This document shows positions 55,270 through 64,000 of a DNA stretch of 64,000 nucleotides, piece by piece. The stretch is taken from assembly GCA_038314665.1 (NCBI GenBank), contig GCA_038314665.1_3677.1. One strand, written 5' to 3'. The position numbers were made by a program, and so were the translations under genes. Source of the DNA: a phage. Below the pieces are notes generated by a model. That model worked only from the letters and a program-made list of their open reading frames with translations. It made no database searches and was not told the origin of the DNA. Each line of letters opens with the position of its first letter. Position 1 is the first letter of the stretch.

Positions 55270-55668
55270 ATGATTTCAGGTTTAACATGGCTTAGTAGGT
55301 ATAGAGGGATCATAAAAGGTTTAGTTTTTGCAGCGGCTATAGGTACAGCTTATCTTGGGGCCGTGTATTGGTTTAACTCTAAGCTTAATGATGCCTACCA
55401 AGAGGGTGTGTCAGCAACAGAGTTAAAGTGGGAACGGATCCTTGATCAGCAACAAAAGCAGGCCGACAAAATTAAAATGGGCCACGCAGAGGAGGTTAAA
55501 AACCTTGAAAAATCTCTTTCTGATCTGCAGGATAAATTAAATATAGCTGAGAGGGCAGGTAGAGAAAAGCAGATTATCTACCTCCAATCATCTGAAGGTA
55601 AGAAGTCAACACTTCCTGATCAGCTTATAGATATTTATAATGAGAGTATCAATCAGGAGGATCGATGA
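55270..55668 (+). CDS. i-spanin (Rz-like), 132 aa
   Basis: N-terminal TM helix followed by a coiled-coil periplasmic domain; immediately upstream of a lipoprotein ORF. Confidence 0.65.
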   Translation: MISGLTWLSRYRGIIKGLVFAAAIGTAYLGAVYWFNSKLNDAYQEGVSATELKWERILDQQQKQADKIKMGHAEEVKNLEKSLSDLQDKLNIAERAGREKQIIYLQSSEGKKSTLPDQLIDIYNESINQEDR

Positions 55669-55952
55669 GAGTTGCTACACTGTTTATTGTGTGCTTGTTA
55701 TTATGTGGGTGTGCAACCAGCGTTGAGAGAGAATACAGGATTGACACTCCAGATGTAGGAAGGTTGATTGTTAAACCCCCAGAAGGTGCCATGAAACCAC
55801 CTGCTAGAGCTATGCCTTTGAAGAAAGGTGCGCCAGATGCGGTGAATTCTGGCATTATGAGGGATAATAATCTGTCTTGTAGCAATGATAGAGCTAAATT
55901 GATCATTTTGCAAGACTATATTAGAACACTGTTTCCAAAGGAGAGAGGTTAA
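55665..55952 (+). CDS. o-spanin (Rz1-like outer-membrane lipoprotein), 95 aa
   Basis: lipoprotein signal FIVCLLLCGC, Pro-rich mature part; ATGA overlap with the i-spanin. Confidence 0.65.
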   Translation: MRVATLFIVCLLLCGCATSVEREYRIDTPDVGRLIVKPPEGAMKPPARAMPLKKGAPDAVNSGIMRDNNLSCSNDRAKLIILQDYIRTLFPKERG

Positions 55953-56377
55953 TGTCTAAGATTTACGGACCGTGTTCTGAAAAGCAGAAGATGATCCTAG
56001 AAAACGATGCAGATATTTTGGTAATCGGAGGTGCCGCAGGGTCTGGCAAGTCGTTCCTCTTGCAGTTGATGCCACTTAAAATTATTGATGACCCCCACAG
56101 CTCTGTGGTTATGTTCCGAAGAACAACCCCACAGTTGGAAGGTGAGGGTGGACTATGGCCTAAAGCAGTAGCTATTTATAGTGATCTGCCTGAAAACATT
56201 AAGCCAAAGTTCAGAGAGAAGGATCATAAGTTCATTTTTCCACGGTTTGATCCGAACACTGGTAAGTGGGATAGAAGCAAAAAGGGGGCTGTTGTAAAAT
56301 ACTGCCACATGGAGTATGTACAAGATAAGCTTAACCACCAGGGGCTTGAGTACACCATGGTTTGCTTCGATGAGGGT
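55952..56377 (+). CDS. terL: terminase large subunit, exon 1 (ATPase N-terminal part)
   Basis: Walker A GGAAGSGKS and Walker B MVCFDE; ORF ends at the UAA that begins the intron. Confidence 0.8.
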
Positions 56378-56696
56378 TAATTTGTAGCTCTCGTAAAACC
56401 TCCCTAATTGCGGGGAAATCTTTATTATTGACACCACCAACCTGTTATGGTAACATAATAGAGGCTTCGAAGAGAGATCGAAGGTATGGTAACAGTGTGT
56501 TAATTTAGATAATCCGCAGCGAAGCATCCGATAGGATGAACGTTCAACGACTAGTCGAAAGACGTAGAATCAAGCGATTCGAAACGGGAGGGTAAGCGGT
56601 TGTTGTCGCTTATAAGATATAGTCTGGTCTGCATGGAGACATGCAGCTGCCTGAAAATGGCGGGGCAAGACTAGCGACCTTGCCCGAACATAAACG
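56378..56696 (+). other. group I self-splicing intron (IA-like, no ORF) in the terminase large-subunit gene
   Basis: P-like AATTGCGGGGAAA 56406-56418, Q-like AATCCGCAGC 56511-56520, R-like GTTCAACGACTAGTCGAAAG 56542-56561, S-like AAGATATAGTCTGG 56614-56627; guide GCTCTC 56387-56392; ends in G. Confidence 0.8.
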
Positions 56697-57818
56697 ACAC
56701 AATTCGAATGGGAGCAGATAGACTATCTGATGTCTCGTCTGCGATCTCAGTCAAAGTATCCATCAAGGATGGTTATCAGCTGTAACCCCGATTCAGAACA
56801 CATGCTTGCCAAACTGGTTAGATGGTGGTTGGACGATGAAGGGTATCCAGATCCGGAGAAGTGCGGTAAGAAAAGATATTTTATCCGACGCGACGGTGAA
56901 TTTATTTGGGGAGACTCTAAGGAAGAGTTGATAGAGAAATACACCACGGTTAACGGACTGGGTGTAGAGATCAAGCCAAGACCGTTGTCATTCTCGTTCA
57001 TAGGCGCAACAATATTCGATAATCCTGTCTGTTTGAGAGACAACCCAGAATACCTTGCTTTCCTCGAAGGTCTACCAGAGCTGGAAAAAGCTCAGCTTCT
57101 CCATGGTAACTGGTTTGCAAAGCCTGAGGGTGCAAACTATTTTCAAAGATCTTTCCTTCGTGATGCCGATAGAGTACCCCTTGGATCAGTATCTTGCAGG
57201 GCATGGGATAAGGCAGGAACCGAGAGAACTTCTGGCAATAAATTTCCTGACTTTACTGCCAGTATTAAGGTAAGTAAAGATAGCGACGGCTTTTATTACC
57301 TGTCAGGGGATTATTGTCCTGAAAACGTGGATGACGGGAGGTATTCCACAGGTCTGGAAGGCAAGTTCTGTAAAAAGGCTGGTGAACGAGATGTGATCAT
57401 CAGGAAACAGGCGCAGTTTGATGGTGATGATTGCATAATCGTATTCTCTGTGGACCCTGGTCAGGCAGGTAAGAGTGAGTTCTTAACCTCATCCAGATCC
57501 TTGCTCGCAGAAGGGTTCAGGGTTGAAGAAGACCCAATGCCTTCCAACAAGTCTAAACTGACAAGGTTCTCACCTTTTGCCAATCTTGCCCAACAAGGGA
57601 TGGTGAGGATTGTAAAATCCAGTTTCCATCCTGATACTCTGGAAGCATTTCTGACCGAACTTGAAAAATTCAACGGGGAAAGATCAACATTTAACAGAAA
57701 AGACGACTGGGCTGACTGTGTAGCTTCTGCAATTAATTTCCTGGAGAAAGAGGAGGTAGCACTTCCTTGTGTGATTCCATCAATCTCATCACCTTCTATG
57801 TTCAAGCGTTTTATCTAA
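56697..57818 (+). CDS. terL: terminase large subunit, exon 2 (ATPase coupling motif plus nuclease domain)
   Basis: ISCNP coupling-type motif and nuclease-domain-sized C-terminus; exon 2 start inferred from frame, preceding G and continuity after Walker B. Confidence 0.75.
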   Translation, partial: TQFEWEQIDYLMSRLRSQSKYPSRMVISCNPDSEHMLAKLVRWWLDDEGYPDPEKCGKKRYFIRRDGEFIWGDSKEELIEKYTTVNGLGVEIKPRPLSFSFIGATIFDNPVCLRDNPEYLAFLEGLPELEKAQLLHGNWFAKPEGANYFQRSFLRDADRVPLGSVSCRAWDKAGTERTSGNKFPDFTASIKVSKDSDGFYYLSGDYCPENVDDGRYSTGLEGKFCKKAGERDVIIRKQAQFDGDDCIIVFSVDPGQAGKSEFLTSSRSLLAEGFRVEEDPMPSNKSKLTRFSPFANLAQQGMVRIVKSSFHPDTLEAFLTELEKFNGERSTFNRKDDWADCVASAINFLEKEEVALPCVIPSISSPSMFKRFI

Positions 57819-57920
57819 GTGTTGCCAATCTTAATTAGATGTGGTAGAATAGATTAATCGGAGATACTAGCCCTCTAACACGAGGGCTATTTTGTTATAC
57901 TGTTTTGAGGGGTAAAGCTT

Positions 57921-59477
57921 GTGTCCAAAAAGAACCGCAGGAAACACAACGCCACAGCCAAAACTGTGAATAAATCTGGGAACGCAGGCGCACCAACTCA
58001 TAATGTTCGTATGAGTGAGATCGGTTCTGGCGCACTTTCCCAAATTATGGCAGAATCGCAATCTATGATGGTTGAGGAATTGCGTTGGCCTCAGCTGATT
58101 GCTACAGTGGAGACTATGAAATGTGATTCCACAGTTGCTACTGCCTTAGATACAAAATATGTTTTCATCACGAAAGCATTTAATGATTTTAAGATCCTTT
58201 ATAATGTTAAAAGTGAAGACTCTAAGAAAGCTGCCGAGCTTATAGAGTATTCTTTGCGTAATTTGGCAAACCAACAAACCCTTCGGGATATTGCAAGAAG
58301 CGCAGCTACCTTTAACGAGTATGGTTTTTCACTGTTTGAGAAAGTATACCGCAGAGAGAAAGAAGGTAAATATGCCGGGATGCTTCTTATTGATAAAATT
58401 GCATTCCGACCTCAGGCCAGTCTGTCCAGATCAGAGCCGTTTGTCTTTGACAAGAATAGTAGAACACTGACAGGTATTTATCAGTCACCTAATGCATTTC
58501 TAAACACTCAGAATGCACGCTGGGCTGGACCTCTTGCTGCAATGCCTTCAAAAGGCTTTAATGAGCCTGAAATTTTCATCCCTGCTAAAAAGCTTATGCT
58601 CATGACCCTGTCAGGAACAGAATCTAACCCTGCAGGTGTGTCACCTATGATAGGTTGCTACAGATCTTTCCGTGAGAAAGTTCTGATTGAAAACCTTGAG
58701 GTTGTTGGCTGTTCCAAAGACCTTGGTGGTGTGCTTGAGCTGAAAATTCCTTCCAATATTTTGAACAAGGCCAGCATTGACCCGAATTCAATGGAAGGGA
58801 GAATGGTTGCAGATCTTATGCTTGACGCAGCAAACGCCCATAGTGGTGAGCAAAGTTTCTTTATACTTCCGTCTGATAGAGATAAGTCTGGTAAAGAGCT
58901 TTACTCCATGACCCTGAAGGGGGTTGACGGTATGGGTAAGCAGTATTCCACTAAAGATTTGATTGATGCCCGTAAGAAGGCGATTCTTGACCGTTTCGGT
59001 GCTGGCTTTATTAACCTCGGTAACGATAACGTTGGATCCTTCTCTCTGTCTGAGTCAAAACAGTCTATCCATGGTCATTTTGTTCAGCGTGATATAGATA
59101 TTATCACTGAAGCCTTCAATAAAGATCTTATTCCACAGCTTCTGGCATTGAATGGTATCATCCTTGAAGATGATGATATGCCTAAACTGAAACCTGGTCT
59201 GATTGAAGAGGTGGACATGGAGAGCTTCTCCAAGTTTGTCCAGAGGATCGGTGCTGTAGGTTACTTGCCAAAAACTCCTGCAGTAATTAATAAGATTCTT
59301 GAAGTAGGTGGGTTTGATGAAAGATTTGACGAGGACATGGATCAGGAAGAGCTGATGAAGCTCTTGGGCCAGGACATTAGTAGAGCTGGTGATGGAATGG
59401 CTGCAGGATCCACTGGTAACGGCACTTCTAAGATGTCATCAACCAGAGATAATTCCATATCCAACATGGAAAATTAA
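57921..59477 (+). CDS. putative portal protein (518 aa), GTG start
   Basis: size and position directly downstream of terL; no motif confirmed by eye. Confidence 0.5.
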   Translation: MSKKNRRKHNATAKTVNKSGNAGAPTHNVRMSEIGSGALSQIMAESQSMMVEELRWPQLIATVETMKCDSTVATALDTKYVFITKAFNDFKILYNVKSEDSKKAAELIEYSLRNLANQQTLRDIARSAATFNEYGFSLFEKVYRREKEGKYAGMLLIDKIAFRPQASLSRSEPFVFDKNSRTLTGIYQSPNAFLNTQNARWAGPLAAMPSKGFNEPEIFIPAKKLMLMTLSGTESNPAGVSPMIGCYRSFREKVLIENLEVVGCSKDLGGVLELKIPSNILNKASIDPNSMEGRMVADLMLDAANAHSGEQSFFILPSDRDKSGKELYSMTLKGVDGMGKQYSTKDLIDARKKAILDRFGAGFINLGNDNVGSFSLSESKQSIHGHFVQRDIDIITEAFNKDLIPQLLALNGIILEDDDMPKLKPGLIEEVDMESFSKFVQRIGAVGYLPKTPAVINKILEVGGFDERFDEDMDQEELMKLLGQDISRAGDGMAAGSTGNGTSKMSSTRDNSISNMEN

Positions 59478-59544
59478 AAATTATCAACACAGGGGGTTGC
59501 AAAACCTCCTTTGGCGTGATAAAATAATCCACATGGGGAATAAG

Positions 59545-59964
59545 ATGCCACAGGAAGAAATGATTTCCTACGAAATCATCTACGAGCCTGACACTAAAGA
59601 TGCTCACGGTGAGTGGATGAGTAAAGACACCATCAAAAAGGCTAAAGATAACTGGGACGCAGCATACGCCGCAGGACTAGTTTCTGAAAACCTTTTTCAC
59701 TTGACCTCTACAGATGCTTTCACTATTGAAAAGACGTGGATTCAAGAAGAGTTTGATGTTGTAGTAATTGGCACTGAGCAGGTCATCAAGGCTGGCTCTT
59801 GGGTTGCTAAAGTTAAATACAATAATCCTGAATTATGGGAAGCTAAGAAGGCTGGTATTGTTGGTGGCCTAAGCATTCAGGCAACTGGTAATGTTGATGA
59901 AGAGACTGGTGAAATTACCAACGTAAACTTCGGGATCAGTGTTGTAGAAGAGGGCAATGAATAA
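59545..59964 (+). CDS. putative head maturation protease-like protein (about 139 aa)
   Basis: motif YEIIYEPDTKDAHGEWM resembles XkdF/S78-type prohead proteases; start uncertain (in-frame ATGs at 59533, 59545, 59560). Confidence 0.35.
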   Translation: MPQEEMISYEIIYEPDTKDAHGEWMSKDTIKKAKDNWDAAYAAGLVSENLFHLTSTDAFTIEKTWIQEEFDVVVIGTEQVIKAGSWVAKVKYNNPELWEAKKAGIVGGLSIQATGNVDEETGEITNVNFGISVVEEGNE

Positions 59965-60941
59965 TGTCTGAAAAAACGATTACTATTAAAGAGAAGGGGA
60001 TTGCCCTGTGCCATAAGGCTCAAGGCTATAGCGCTAACAACAGACCTGTATCCCTTCTGATGAAGAGTGATCTTCGGCCTGAGCAATTAACAGAGGATAT
60101 TGTTAAGGCACTTCGCCAAGTTACTGTGGAGCTTAGTTTTGAAGAATACCTGCGTCGTTTCTTCGATATGTGGTATGATGATGCTAAAGCACTTGCACAC
60201 ATGCTTGGCTTTGAGATTGAAGAAGAGGCTTGGGCTAAAGAGCATCCTGATTGGGAATGGGCGCAAGCTGACGCAGAGTCTTGTATTGCATGGCTGGAAG
60301 AGCGTTGTGATAACGTGACCATTCATAAAGCTGCAAAAGAAGGCAAGCAGCTTAGTGTGGTAGATCAATACAGTCTGTTAAAAACACAACAGATTTTTGA
60401 ACAAGTAACCGCTGATCTCTTCGATAAAGAAGGGAACCTGATTAAGGCGGTACAGGAACCTGCTGAGGTGGATAAAACTACCGAGGCGGATGATATTGAA
60501 AAATCCGCAAATACCGAGGAGAATCCGGTGGACGTAACCAAAACCAAAGAGTACCTGGACCTGCTGAAGCAAGTAGAAGAGCTGAAAGCGACCCAGAGTA
60601 AAGCTGAAGAAATTATTAAGGCCCAGGTTGAAGTTGAAAAAGCTAAAATGCTGACTAAGGCTCAAGCTTTAAGCTTTGTTGGTGAAGAAGATCATGCAAC
60701 CTTGGTTGACTTCATGCTGGAAAAAGCTAACGAACCTATCGTAGCTATGCTGGAGAAAGCTCAAGCAAAAATTGAAGAGCTGGAAGCAGAGGTGCATAAA
60801 ACTAAAGAAGAGTTTGCCACCACTGAACATGGTAATGATGGCGAACCTGTTGTGGATGATATTGCAAAATCCGCAGAAGAAATTCTTGCTGAAAACGTTG
60901 CAAAAGCACTTGCTCGTGCACGTGCAGAATCTAACAAATAA
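59964..60941 (+). CDS. putative scaffolding protein (325 aa)
   Basis: acidic, long predicted coiled-coil; located between the portal and capsid genes. Confidence 0.5.
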   Translation: MSEKTITIKEKGIALCHKAQGYSANNRPVSLLMKSDLRPEQLTEDIVKALRQVTVELSFEEYLRRFFDMWYDDAKALAHMLGFEIEEEAWAKEHPDWEWAQADAESCIAWLEERCDNVTIHKAAKEGKQLSVVDQYSLLKTQQIFEQVTADLFDKEGNLIKAVQEPAEVDKTTEADDIEKSANTEENPVDVTKTKEYLDLLKQVEELKATQSKAEEIIKAQVEVEKAKMLTKAQALSFVGEEDHATLVDFMLEKANEPIVAMLEKAQAKIEELEAEVHKTKEEFATTEHGNDGEPVVDDIAKSAEEILAENVAKALARARAESNK

Positions 60942-60961
60942 GACATTAACGGGGGAAATAA

Positions 60962-61351
60962 ATGATTACCGCTCAATATTCTGATATCGTGCTCGGCAAA
61001 GTTGATTCTAGCGATGCTGGCTACAATTTTAAAGAGATGGAAATTACACTGACAGAGCACCATCATGCTGGCACGGTTGTGACCAAAGATGGTAGCATTG
61101 CCAATCAGGACGGTTCAGACGCCTATGGCGTTCTGGTGGATCGTGCTTTAATTCCGGACGCTGCTGGTAAAGTACATATCGCTGAACCTCTTGGCACAAA
61201 GAAATATAAACTGGTTGTTGCTGTGCGTGGTGTTACTTTTGCCAAGGATAAATTGCTGGCAACTGGTGGTGCTAAAGCAGAACAGGCTGTGTTAGACAAG
61301 CTTGAGGCTCTGGGTAACAAGGTTCAGGTCCAGACTCTTGGTGAAGAGTAA
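60962..61351 (+). CDS. putative head decoration or accessory head protein (129 aa)
   Basis: immediately upstream of the major capsid gene, as in lambda D-E order; no sequence match confirmed. Confidence 0.4.
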   Translation: MITAQYSDIVLGKVDSSDAGYNFKEMEITLTEHHHAGTVVTKDGSIANQDGSDAYGVLVDRALIPDAAGKVHIAEPLGTKKYKLVVAVRGVTFAKDKLLATGGAKAEQAVLDKLEALGNKVQVQTLGEE

Positions 61352-61399
61352 GCCCTAAATTGTTCGGGAAAATATTTAAGTTTTACTTTGGAGAAATAA

Positions 61400-62410
61400 A
61401 TGATTACTCGTAAAGATGAATTTGGCATTGTTGATTTAGGTGCTACTCTGGACCTTGTTCCGCGTCAATTCCGACTGATTACTGGTATGGATCTGTTCGA
61501 AACCCGTCTCGGCACCTCAACGATTGCTCAGATCGAGCGTGTTGATGAAGTTGTAACCGACATTCCGGCACGCCGTCGTGGTGGTGAGCGTAACTACGTT
61601 GGTAATGAACGTGCTCAGGTTAAAAACCTGAACATCCCGTTCTTCCCTCTGGACAAAGGCATCACCGCCGCAGATGTTCAGAACTTCCGTCGTTACTTCA
61701 CCCCTGATGCTCCGAAAACTGTTCAGGACGTAGTAACCCGCGTTGTTCGTCGTATCCGTGTTTCCCATGAAGCACTGCGTGAGAAAGCGCTGTTCCAGGC
61801 TATTCTTGGTAAATCCTATGCACCTGGTGACGCTACCTGCCAGTATGATTACTACACTCTGTGGGGCGTAGAGCAGAAATCTGTAGAAATCGATCCTGCA
61901 AAAGCAGATCAGGACCCGATGGAAGTTCTGGAAGACGCTCGTCTGCATATCGCCCTGCAAGCTGGTGACAACGCTGCTGGCTACCGTATCGTGGCTCTGT
62001 GCTCTCCTGAGTTCTTCAGTGCAGTCACTCACCACCCGCTGGTAGAGCTGGCATACACCTACTACGGCTCTGCTCAGGAACCTCTGCGTCGTCGTCTGGG
62101 TGCTGGCGGTCAGGACAGCGTTTATCGTGTGTTCGAACATAAAGGTATCACCTTTATCGAAGATATCTCTGGCAATATTCCTAAGAAAGAAGCTCGCATT
62201 CTGCCGATGGGTATTGATCAGATGTTCCAGCTGCACTTTGCTCCGGCAGATGATGTTAACGAAGCAAATACCCCGGCACAGGAACTGTATATGTGGTATA
62301 AACACTCTGCATACCTGCGTGAAGAGAAGATTGAATCTGAAACTTCTATGCTGGCAGTTAACACCCGTCCAGAGCTGGTTGTTAAAGCAACTCTGAAAGG
62401 TGGTGAATAA
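61400..62410 (+). CDS. putative major capsid protein (336 aa)
   Basis: size and position in the head module, strong RBS GGAGAAATAA, strong terminator immediately downstream. Confidence 0.6.
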   Translation: MITRKDEFGIVDLGATLDLVPRQFRLITGMDLFETRLGTSTIAQIERVDEVVTDIPARRRGGERNYVGNERAQVKNLNIPFFPLDKGITAADVQNFRRYFTPDAPKTVQDVVTRVVRRIRVSHEALREKALFQAILGKSYAPGDATCQYDYYTLWGVEQKSVEIDPAKADQDPMEVLEDARLHIALQAGDNAAGYRIVALCSPEFFSAVTHHPLVELAYTYYGSAQEPLRRRLGAGGQDSVYRVFEHKGITFIEDISGNIPKKEARILPMGIDQMFQLHFAPADDVNEANTPAQELYMWYKHSAYLREEKIESETSMLAVNTRPELVVKATLKGGE

Positions 62411-62434
62411 TCACTGAGGTGATTCATCCCATAT

Positions 62435-62467
62435 GGGGAGGGGGTTCTCCCCCTCCCCTTTTTATTT
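62435..62467 (+). terminator. rho-independent terminator
   Basis: GGGGAGGGGG-TTCT-CCCCCTCCCC hairpin followed by TTTTTATTT. Confidence 0.8.
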
Positions 62468-62491
62468 ATTAGGGTTTAACAGGAGTGCCCC

Positions 62492-63316
62492 GTGAAGAGA
62501 GCCGTATATCCAGTTGAGTATGATCCTCTATTAAGAGTTTTCAACAATCAGTTAAGTTTTTATCAATTTTTAGCACAATATAATCCAGAAATCAATGTTG
62601 GTTTATCAGCCCTTCTGCCACCAACAGAATTCGTTATTGGCAGTGTTCACTATCCATGTAGAACGATTGTAGACTTCTTCGAGAAGATTGCAAAACATAC
62701 AGGTCTGCCAATTGATACTGGTATTTCAACTATCCGTATGGGTGTTATTCTTCTGTTCTTCACAGAAAACCTTGATGAAAGCACTTTAACACTTCAAAGT
62801 GGTGATGTCAACATTACACTTACCCCTTCAGTGTTTAAAGAGGTAGATGCTGCTTTCAAGGTTTCCGTGGCAGAGGGCCATCTATGGGACCCTGCAGGAA
62901 TGCCTAAAAAAGTGACCATAAACGATGAGCAATGCAACATTGTTTATGAAGAAGATACCCAAACTTTCACCATTGAGTGGCCTAAGAAACGTTCTCAGGT
63001 TATAAATCTGGGTTTGACTTCTACAGTAGCACCTGAACCAGAACCTGAGCCTGAACCAGAGCCTGAGCCGCCTGGAGAGGGTGACGGTGAAGGTCCTGCA
63101 GCAGATCCACAAGATGTGGCTGTAGCCTCTTTCGCATCTGCAGCTGTTGAGAATAAGGATGAAATCCTTAAACAGGCCGCAGCTCTTAACAACGAAGATG
63201 ACAAAAGTGGTTCAAAAGATGCACTCCAAACCTTCGCTAAAGAGTACGGTGTTACCTTAAGTAAGGCAAAAACTTTCCAAAATATGATGAAAGATTTTGA
63301 GGCTGCACTGGCATAA
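62492..63316 (+). CDS. hypothetical head-associated protein with (Pro-Glu)7 linker (274 aa), GTG start
   Basis: PEPEPEPEPEPEPP encoded by a tandem hexanucleotide repeat at 63032-63070. Confidence 0.5.
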   Translation: MKRAVYPVEYDPLLRVFNNQLSFYQFLAQYNPEINVGLSALLPPTEFVIGSVHYPCRTIVDFFEKIAKHTGLPIDTGISTIRMGVILLFFTENLDESTLTLQSGDVNITLTPSVFKEVDAAFKVSVAEGHLWDPAGMPKKVTINDEQCNIVYEEDTQTFTIEWPKKRSQVINLGLTSTVAPEPEPEPEPEPEPPGEGDGEGPAADPQDVAVASFASAAVENKDEILKQAAALNNEDDKSGSKDALQTFAKEYGVTLSKAKTFQNMMKDFEAALA

Positions 63317-63325
63317 TTTTGTTAA

Positions 63326-63360
63326 GGCCCCTTCCAAATCAGGAATGGGGCTTTATTTTT
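63326..63360 (+). terminator. rho-independent terminator
   Basis: GCCCCTTCC...GGAATGGGGC hairpin followed by TTTATTTTT. Confidence 0.6.
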
Positions 63361-63375
63361 ACGAGGTATTTTCAA

Positions 63376-63996
63376 ATGGCATGGTATGAAGATGAAGAGA
63401 TTATCCCGTCCCCGCCTAACCATGATGGTGTAGTCGATACCCCAGCAGAGCCACCAAAAGAAGATCCTGTACCTCCGGAACCTGATCCAGACCAACCTCT
63501 TATTAATATTATGAGGTTGTTGCTTGGCAATGTTGATGAGGAAACCCTCCCTGATGAGGTAATTAAAACATTCCTTGACATGGAGAAGTTAAAACTAAAT
63601 TATCCGGCAGATCCTGATAAGCTTCCCCTACTTAAGTACAATGTGCTTGTGCAGCTTGTGCGGTGGCTGATGATGCAGGAAGTGTCCAGCGGTAATGCAA
63701 GTATAACTTCCCGTCTGGAAAAAATAGGTGATGAGACCATAGAGATTCGTGGTGGATCTTCCTACGCCCAATGGAAAGATTTCCTTGATTGGCTGCTGGC
63801 ACACCCAGACTATGTAGATTCTGAGCTAGATGCTTACAGCAGAATGATTATCATTGGTGGTGTTCGTGTAGATGAAGGAATTCGGGTTAAATTTAATGAA
63901 AACAGCAACGGGCCGTTCGATGTCCAGGGTATTACACCTATCAGTGGTCTAAATAACCAACCTCCTCGCCACCCAAGACGCAAACGCAGTTTTTAA
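63376..63996 (+). CDS. hypothetical structural-module protein (206 aa)
   Basis: start taken at the ATG downstream of the terminator; ORF track extends to 63319. Confidence 0.5.
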   Translation: MAWYEDEEIIPSPPNHDGVVDTPAEPPKEDPVPPEPDPDQPLINIMRLLLGNVDEETLPDEVIKTFLDMEKLKLNYPADPDKLPLLKYNVLVQLVRWLMMQEVSSGNASITSRLEKIGDETIEIRGGSSYAQWKDFLDWLLAHPDYVDSELDAYSRMIIIGGVRVDEGIRVKFNENSNGPFDVQGITPISGLNNQPPRHPRRKRSF

Positions 63997-64000
63997 AAAT

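Noticed and set aside
1-64000. Assignment of the window to a T5-like phage
   Set aside because: T5-like features (tRNAs, NrdAB/NrdD, Sir2, dNMP kinase, HAD nucleotidase) are present, but the ligase is ATP-dependent and the head module has separate scaffold and capsid genes; identity is left open

Overview
This window reads as a dense segment of a virulent dsDNA phage genome of an enterobacterial-type host (strong TTGACA/TATAAT promoters, many overlapping start/stop codons). No rRNA and no CRISPR array were seen. Layout: (1) 1-9,690, plus strand: about 27 small early-type genes, most with their own sigma70-like promoter, a GC hairpin in the 5' UTR and an ACACAAAGAGG-type ribosome-binding site; a ~48-bp promoter/palindrome element recurs four times directly after stop codons. 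(2) 9,690-12,250: ORF-free, repeat-rich region where the two flanking gene blocks converge. (3) 12,254-49,899, minus strand: transcription starts at the 49.9-kb end with RNA ligase, Sir2-like protein, ATP-dependent DNA ligase, lambda R-type endolysin, flap endonuclease, endonuclease VII, RuvC-like protein, DEDD exonuclease, two adenine methyltransferases, dNMP kinase, HAD phosphatase, ThyX-like protein, NrdA/NrdB, glutaredoxin, NrdD/NrdG, PhoH and a ClpP-like protease, and ends with about 40 small, mostly acidic proteins including two paralog families and an HPF ribosome-hibernation homolog. (4) 49,943-64,000, plus strand: polynucleotide kinase and metallophosphatase, an iteron/AT-rich candidate origin, six clear tRNA genes plus one atypical tRNA-like gene, a spanin pair, terminase large subunit, portal, scaffold and major capsid genes. 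The most notable result is two related group I introns, one without an ORF in the terminase large-subunit gene and one carrying an HNH homing endonuclease in nrdD; both are supported by conserved core elements read directly from the sequence. Other leads are a split RNA-repair module, the candidate origin, and the paralog-rich block of small acidic proteins. All calls rest on manual reading and recalled motifs; no searches were run.
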